From positions 1-62,251 of the IMG/VR virus record IMGVR_UViG_3300035661_000066: 62,251 nucleotides of DNA. One strand, 5' to 3'. Shown piece after piece: positions 56,765 through 62,251 of this stretch. The DNA is from a virus (Duplodnaviria > Caudoviricetes). Under the pieces are notes generated by a model. It saw only the letters and a list, made by a program, of their open reading frames with translations. It was not told the origin of the DNA and ran no database searches. Position numbers and translations under genes: made by a program. Each line of letters starts with the position of its first letter. Position 1 is the first letter of the stretch.

Positions 56765-57784
56765 ATGGCTAACGCAACCCCCTCTTTCGTAATGGTCAAC
56801 CCGTCGTATGTGATGCCGGAAATCCTGCTGCAGTACCAGCAGGCATCCGGTGCCTTCGATACCCTGGCTACCGGTGATCCGCTGGTACGCCTGGGTGAGG
56901 GTGACCTGGCTGTCTACATGAAGCGTCTCGACGTCCGTACCAAGGTAGCTGCTGGCCAGTCGGCCTACAACCAGCTGCCGTCGGCCACCGTGACCGCCAA
57001 CATGATCAGCACCCCGACCTACCTGCTTCGCACCCGCGCCGAGTATGACCACCACGATACGGCCGCCTTCGGCCGCTGGGGCGCCTCGATTGTGGATGCA
57101 CAGCGTCTGGCTATGCGCCAGGGCATCTTCCAACAGATGCGTAACGGCCTGCTGTATGGCTTCAACCCGGTGAACGGTGAGGGCCTGCTGAACACCAACG
57201 GCGCCACTGCCGTGAACCTGCCGGCTGACTCGAACGGCAATACCACCATCAGCACCTATGACAACGGCCAGCTGGCCACGTTCCTGCTGCAGCAGATCGG
57301 CGCTGCCAAGACCCGCACCATGCAGGTCGGCATCCCGGTCCGCGTCACCATCCTGACCACCCAGCGGATCCTGGCCGCCATCAGCTACCAAGGCATCGTG
57401 CAGCTGACCCAGTACCAGCGGATCGGCGGCGGTGTGAACACCACGGCTGGGACGGTAGCCAACGTGGCAGAGTGGAATGACGATGAGGTAATGTGGGTAG
57501 CCGACGACACCCTGATCGGCAAGGGCGCCGGCGGTACCGACGTGATCGTCGTCACCATCCCGGAGGTAAAGAAGCCGGCCTCGGGTCGCATCAACACCAA
57601 CGAGTTCGCCAAGCTGGCACCCGGATTCGAGGGCTGCAACGTACAGCTGTGCGACATGCCGGCACCGCGTGAGATCCCGACTCCGCTGCCTGGTGGTGCC
57701 ATCGACGTGCTGTCCGAGCTCCGTGTGACCTCGGGCTGGGCAGTCCGTCCGGAAGCTACCACCATCATTTCGGCCGGCTTCTAA
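56765..57784 (+). CDS. Major capsid protein
   Basis: 339 aa, LYG..GEGLLN motif, gene order, followed by a hairpin. Confidence 0.85.
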   Translation: MANATPSFVMVNPSYVMPEILLQYQQASGAFDTLATGDPLVRLGEGDLAVYMKRLDVRTKVAAGQSAYNQLPSATVTANMISTPTYLLRTRAEYDHHDTAAFGRWGASIVDAQRLAMRQGIFQQMRNGLLYGFNPVNGEGLLNTNGATAVNLPADSNGNTTISTYDNGQLATFLLQQIGAAKTRTMQVGIPVRVTILTTQRILAAISYQGIVQLTQYQRIGGGVNTTAGTVANVAEWNDDEVMWVADDTLIGKGAGGTDVIVVTIPEVKKPASGRINTNEFAKLAPGFEGCNVQLCDMPAPREIPTPLPGGAIDVLSELRVTSGWAVRPEATTIISAGF

Positions 57785-57797
57785 GCTGGCTCAAGGT

Positions 57798-57817
57798 CCC
57801 GGGGCTTCGGCCCCGGG
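57798..57817 (+). terminator. Stable hairpin after the capsid gene
   Basis: CCCGGGGC-TTCG-GCCCCGGG without a U tract. Confidence 0.55.
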
Positions 57818-57840
57818 CGCTGACACCTAAGGAGACACAA

Positions 57841-58341
57841 ATGGCTAAGTTGTTCGTCGCCAACGCATCCAAGCAAGTGCAGGAGTTCCACTACTGGGCA
57901 CCCGATTCCCGCCGTCCGCTGATTCAGAACATCCAACCGGGTACCCAGCAGCAGATCTGGCAGGAAGCGCCGCGTGATCAGCTGGAAATGATCGTTCACC
58001 AACACGAGATGTATGGCATCAAACCGGCCTCTGAGCTTGATCGCAACCCGGGCTACGCTGGGCTGGTCTACGCCTTCGACAAGCCGATCACCACCAGCCG
58101 CATCGAGGCTGCCATCGAGCAGAACAACGACGCGCTGGACCGCAATGCCCAGGAGCGTCGCAAAGAGGCCGCCCTTGCCACCGACGCTGCCATGGACCAG
58201 CTGGGTGAAGAAACTGGCCTCCACCACTCCAGCCTGGAGGTAGAGATTGTGGAAGAGCGCCGCCCGGACGCCGATACCACGGTTAACGAAACTGTGGCCG
58301 TCGAGAAGCCTGGCTCCCGCAGCCGCCGCGCGCGAGGCTAA
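57841..58341 (+). CDS. Hypothetical head-associated protein
   Basis: RBS AAGGAG; gene order. Confidence 0.7.
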   Translation: MAKLFVANASKQVQEFHYWAPDSRRPLIQNIQPGTQQQIWQEAPRDQLEMIVHQHEMYGIKPASELDRNPGYAGLVYAFDKPITTSRIEAAIEQNNDALDRNAQERRKEAALATDAAMDQLGEETGLHHSSLEVEIVEERRPDADTTVNETVAVEKPGSRSRRARG

Positions 58342-58343
58342 TC

Positions 58344-58784
58344 ATGAATCCGACGTTGGCTGACTTCCAGCTGTTCATCCGGAACATCATGGGGGTGCCG
58401 ACGTCGGCCCTCCCTGATACGTCGCCGGTCATCACCGACGCCTTCAACTACGCGTTGGAGATCGTGCTGCCGGTCATTCAAACCGTCTCCCCCACCCTAT
58501 ACAACCAAGCGGTCTACAACCTGGGTGGCGACTACCTGCTTAACTGGGCACCTGACCAGACAGGTTCGTCCTACTTCGCGAACTTGCGCAAGACGATGAA
58601 CCTCAACTCCTTCACCGCCGGTGTAATTCAGGCCAGCGCGGACAGCTCCACATCGGAGTCCAAGCTGACCCCGGAGTTTATGAAGGAGCTGACGCTGGCT
58701 AATCTGCAGCAGCTGAAGACCCCGTACGGCCGCTGGTACATCCAGATTGCCCAAGCCTACGGTACCAACTGGGGGCTGACATGA
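58344..58784 (+). CDS. Head-tail adaptor (DUF4054-like)
   Basis: QQLKTPYGRWY motif. Confidence 0.7.
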   Translation: MNPTLADFQLFIRNIMGVPTSALPDTSPVITDAFNYALEIVLPVIQTVSPTLYNQAVYNLGGDYLLNWAPDQTGSSYFANLRKTMNLNSFTAGVIQASADSSTSESKLTPEFMKELTLANLQQLKTPYGRWYIQIAQAYGTNWGLT

Positions 58785-59269
58785 TCATCAACCTCGGGGT
58801 TATCGACCTGCCTTACCGCGTCTACAGCGAGCCGAGTCCCCCGAAGAAGATCACCAAGCGCAAGAAGCCACCAAAACCTGCTGAGCCCACCCTGGCTACC
58901 ACGACCACTGGGAGCGTGGCGGAGGAGCTTGAGAGCCAATATGGCATCATGGCGGTTTTTGCTGACAAATATAGTGCTAAAATAGCGGCTGAGCTGGAAA
59001 ATGCCGCCGCCGGCGCCATGGAGACCTTCCTGATGGGAGGATCACCGGATCTTGACCTACGCACGGCCTTTGACCAGCTTGAAAGCGACTTCAGGGGGTT
59101 CCTGGATCGCGAGGAGATAGCCCAGGCTGGCGTGGCAGGGGTCCCGACTAAGGCAGCTTTGGAAGGCATCAACCACCGCCTGAAGGACCCAAGGACTGGC
59201 CAGCGACGCCCCTCCTTCATCGACACGGGGCAGTACCAGGCCAGCTTTAAGATGTGGAAGAGTAAATAG
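58781..59269 (+). CDS. Neck / tail completion protein
   Basis: RPSFIDTGQY motif. Confidence 0.65.
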   Translation: MIINLGVIDLPYRVYSEPSPPKKITKRKKPPKPAEPTLATTTTGSVAEELESQYGIMAVFADKYSAKIAAELENAAAGAMETFLMGGSPDLDLRTAFDQLESDFRGFLDREEIAQAGVAGVPTKAALEGINHRLKDPRTGQRRPSFIDTGQYQASFKMWKSK

Positions 59270-59286
59270 GACCAGGAGCAGATGAT

Positions 59287-60276
59287 ATGCCAGGCTTGAA
59301 CGAGCAGTTTCCAACGGAGTTGAACGCGGGGCTTGAGGCCGGGCTTGAGACCCTGTCCTACAACCAGGTCCTGACGTTCACCAAGTACGAGCAGGTCGTG
59401 CTGCCGCTGGATGGCTTCGTGTTCTGGGTGGCCTCCTCACTGCTCAGCAGCTCAGCTACCTTTGGTGCCAGCGCCTTCGATACCTCGTCCTATGACCAAG
59501 AGGCTACGATCGCAGCTCCGCCCTTCACCGTTCAGGTCAAGGGTAGCTTCCACTACTCCACTGAGTTCTTGCAAACGGCTGAGGAGAACTATGGCTGGAA
59601 CCGTGCTATCTTCACGGCGCAGTCTCCAATTGATGAGTTCAACGTCATTTCTGACACGGTGCTCTACCTGACGGAGGTGGATGGCATCAAGTTTGCCTTC
59701 TCTTCGCGTGACGCGTACTATCGTCAGGCAGATCTTCACCACTACCGTGGCGAGGCCATCTACCCCACGATGCTGAGCCAGATCATCGATGACCCACGCC
59801 AGCTGGACACCAAGACCCTGGTGGTGTCCAACAGCTTACCCATCTGGCTGAGCTTTAGCGGTGCCGTGCCAATCTACCCGTCGTTCGCCATGCCCTCGAA
59901 CGTCCGACCGCCCTACATCGCGGCGCATATCGAGCCCAGCAAGACGCAGGCCATCCAAATGGCGCCCAGCTTTGACCAGTTGTCCAACCACTACCAGCTG
60001 GTAGAGGACACGGTGCGGCTGACGATGTTTGGCCTACGCAACAATCAAGCGCTGGACCTGCAAGATCGCATCTTCCAGGCATCGCTAGATGGGGACCTGT
60101 TCGGCATCATGAACATGCCGATCATCCAAGAGGAGAAGAGACCTCAGAATGAGATCAACGCACTGGCCAACTGCAAGGTCCTCGAGCTGCGTGTAAACTA
60201 CTACCAAACCCGTGTTCAAAATTTGGCGCGGCAGCTGATTGCGAAGGCTGTCCCGTCGTACTTCCCGACCGAGTAG
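59287..60276 (+). CDS. Head closure / tail terminator-like protein
   Basis: 329 aa in the neck region before the sheath. Confidence 0.55.
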   Translation: MPGLNEQFPTELNAGLEAGLETLSYNQVLTFTKYEQVVLPLDGFVFWVASSLLSSSATFGASAFDTSSYDQEATIAAPPFTVQVKGSFHYSTEFLQTAEENYGWNRAIFTAQSPIDEFNVISDTVLYLTEVDGIKFAFSSRDAYYRQADLHHYRGEAIYPTMLSQIIDDPRQLDTKTLVVSNSLPIWLSFSGAVPIYPSFAMPSNVRPPYIAAHIEPSKTQAIQMAPSFDQLSNHYQLVEDTVRLTMFGLRNNQALDLQDRIFQASLDGDLFGIMNMPIIQEEKRPQNEINALANCKVLELRVNYYQTRVQNLARQLIAKAVPSYFPTE

Positions 60277-60304
60277 GTCGATTGTCAACCTGTGGAGACG
60301 CACC

Positions 60305-60664
60305 ATGCCTCAAGTAAACCAGTTCCTTAATTTCCGCAACGCCGTCACCCGCGCGCTGCAACCGGCCAACCTGGACCAGACCGGCGCTCAGCTGGTCGGT
60401 AAGGGTCTGACCGTTACCTTTAACGTGACCGCGGCTACCGTGATCAAAAACAGCTTCGGCCGTGTGGCCAAGATCTCGGTCATTACCGCCGGCTCTACCG
60501 CCGGCAGCGTGAACGACGCTGCTACCACGGGCGCCGCTGCTGTAGGCAACCAGCTGGCTGCAATTCCGAATGCTGTCAGCGTCATCGACCTCGATATGCC
60601 CTTTGCCAACGGCCTCGTGGTCACCCCGGGCACCGGTCAGGTGCTGGCTGTCAGCTTCCAGTAA
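60305..60664 (+). CDS. Small putative virion protein
   Basis: Start MPQVNQ after GGAG. Confidence 0.7.
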   Translation: MPQVNQFLNFRNAVTRALQPANLDQTGAQLVGKGLTVTFNVTAATVIKNSFGRVAKISVITAGSTAGSVNDAATTGAAAVGNQLAAIPNAVSVIDLDMPFANGLVVTPGTGQVLAVSFQ

Positions 60665-60674
60665 GGGGTAAGCC

Positions 60675-62081
60675 ATGACCCAACCGAACATCGTCATTCT
60701 TAACGTCAGTCAGACCACGCCGCCGGCACCTAGCACGCTGCAGCGGACGGGGGCGCTGGTGACGCAGGGTGGGACCAACCTGGCAGCAGGCAGCACCTCG
60801 CTGCTGACCCAGAAGTCGGACCTGACCCCGCTGTTGCCTACGGCCGCCGCCATCTCTAGCGCTGCCTGGTTGACTGGCGTGGTAACCATCACAACCACCA
60901 ACCCGCATGGCCTGGCCAATGGCTCGACGGTGAGCCTGACCATCGCCGGGTTCACGCCCACCGGCTACAATGGTACCTTCACCTGCACCGTGACCGGCGC
61001 CAACACCTTCACCTACCCGCTGACCACCAACCCCGGTGCTGCGACGGTGCAAGGCACGTGGGTACCGTACGCCTCCATCATGCTGCAGCAGATGGCCAAC
61101 ACGTTCTTCGCCCAAGGGTCGAACACCAGCGTCTACGTGCTGGAGCTGGGTGCCGGCACCACGGCGCAGGGCGTAACCGCGCTGGCGGCTTACGACACGG
61201 CAAACCCGAACCAGTTTTACTCGTACCTGGTGCCGCGTGGCTGGGATGCCGAGCCGACGTACGTGCAGCTGATGGCGACCTACACCGGTTTGACAGCGAA
61301 GAAGTACTTCTTCACCACGGTGACCCTGTCGACCTACAGCAGCTTCGTAACAAACGGGACCAGCACGCCGCTGAAATGCGTGTTCATGATGATTGAGGCC
61401 CCGGCTGTCACGAGCAACGTTAGCAGCCCGTTGACGGAATTTACCTTGGCCTCGGTCTTCCAACGCACGCTGAACTACAACCCGAGCCCCTCGAATCAGG
61501 TTACCCCGCTGTGCTTCAGCTACCTGACCGGTGTTACCGTCTATCCGGCTACCGGTCCGCAGGCCGCCGCTTTCAAGACCAACAATGTCAACTACGTCGT
61601 TACGGGTGCTGAGGGCGGGATCAGCAACACCATGCTGGTCTGGGGCCACATGTGCGACGGCAACCCGTTCAACTACTGGTACTCGGTAGACTGGACCCAG
61701 ATCAATCTGGAGCTTGACATCTCCAACGAGATCATCAACGGCTCGAACAACCCGCTGGCGCCGCTGTACTACAACCAGCAGGGCATCAACCGGCTGCAGG
61801 TGCGCGCGCAGAAAACCTTCACCCGAGGCATCGCCTACGGGCTGGTCCTGGGCAATGTCACGGCCAGTCAGTTGTCCGGGGCCGACTTCGCCACGGCGCT
61901 GGGCAATGGTGCTTATGCCGGCCAGTGCGCAGTCAACGCGATCCCGTTCGCCAACTACAACTCGCTCAACCCGTCCGACTACGCCATCGGGAAGTACGCC
62001 GGCCTTGCGGCAGTCTACACGCCGCTGCGCGGGTTCGAGCAGATCGTGTTTAACCTTAACGTGACGAACTTCGTCGCCTAA
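60675..62081 (+). CDS. Tail sheath protein (DUF3383-like)
   Basis: 468 aa; YWYSVDW and PLYYNQQGINRL motifs; precedes the tube gene. Confidence 0.85.
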   Translation: MTQPNIVILNVSQTTPPAPSTLQRTGALVTQGGTNLAAGSTSLLTQKSDLTPLLPTAAAISSAAWLTGVVTITTTNPHGLANGSTVSLTIAGFTPTGYNGTFTCTVTGANTFTYPLTTNPGAATVQGTWVPYASIMLQQMANTFFAQGSNTSVYVLELGAGTTAQGVTALAAYDTANPNQFYSYLVPRGWDAEPTYVQLMATYTGLTAKKYFFTTVTLSTYSSFVTNGTSTPLKCVFMMIEAPAVTSNVSSPLTEFTLASVFQRTLNYNPSPSNQVTPLCFSYLTGVTVYPATGPQAAAFKTNNVNYVVTGAEGGISNTMLVWGHMCDGNPFNYWYSVDWTQINLELDISNEIINGSNNPLAPLYYNQQGINRLQVRAQKTFTRGIAYGLVLGNVTASQLSGADFATALGNGAYAGQCAVNAIPFANYNSLNPSDYAIGKYAGLAAVYTPLRGFEQIVFNLNVTNFVA

Positions 62082-62251
62082 CCAGGAGCTGAGCAATGGC
62101 CAGTAACCCGCTTATCGCCCAGGGCACCCTGAACCGGCTGCGTGCGAGCGTCAACATCCCGGGGGTCCCCGCTTTGAACGTCACCGCCCCATATCTGGGC
62201 AAGGCCGGCATCTCGCTGGCCCTTGAAGGTGACATCACGACGCGCATCCCG
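62039..62251. repeat. Terminal direct repeat, copy 2
   Basis: Matches 1-213 with one mismatch. Confidence 0.97.

Noticed and set aside
55229-57391. Long antisense ORFs (720 aa here; also 49940-51811, 60651-62096, 44313-45500)
   Set aside because: Shadow ORFs expected opposite high-GC3 genes; no recognisable motifs
62039-62251. 213-bp terminal repeat as a biological DTR
   Set aside because: It falls inside the sheath and tube genes, far from terminase; best explained as assembly overlap of a circularly permuted genome, and the single mismatch is probably a read-end error

Overview
The window is an apparently complete, circularly permuted dsDNA tailed phage genome of about 62,038 bp: bases 1-213 recur at 62039-62251 with one mismatch. 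It is GC-rich, and the Gram-negative-type lysis genes suggest a proteobacterial host (inference). Two arms diverge from a non-coding region at 42743-43429. The plus arm (43430 to the end, continuing 1-13670) encodes terminase, portal, head, a contractile tail with baseplate, fibres and lysis. The minus arm (42742 down to 13682) encodes primase-helicase, many small early genes, ligase, family A DNA polymerase, nucleases, a SNF2 helicase and a nucleotide-modification cluster. I found no integrase, repressor, tRNA or CRISPR array, so a lytic lifestyle is inferred. The most notable observations are: (1) a lysis cassette containing both a PLD/HKD enzyme and a patatin phospholipase with no evident two-component spanin; (2) a roughly 140-bp element with 31-33-bp perfect terminal inverted repeats in two copies, one lying in a 309-bp stretch whose removal fuses a NUDIX gene in frame to the head protease gene; (3) a thymidylate-synthase homologue with the dCMP-type Asp, clustered with a kinase-UDG fusion, NTP pyrophosphatase and SAM methyltransferase, predicting modified cytosine; (4) a repeated sigma70 promoter cassette, a family of intergenic hairpins, and three proteins sharing a 'WYRN' C-terminal domain. 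All family assignments come from motif recognition and gene order, not database searches.
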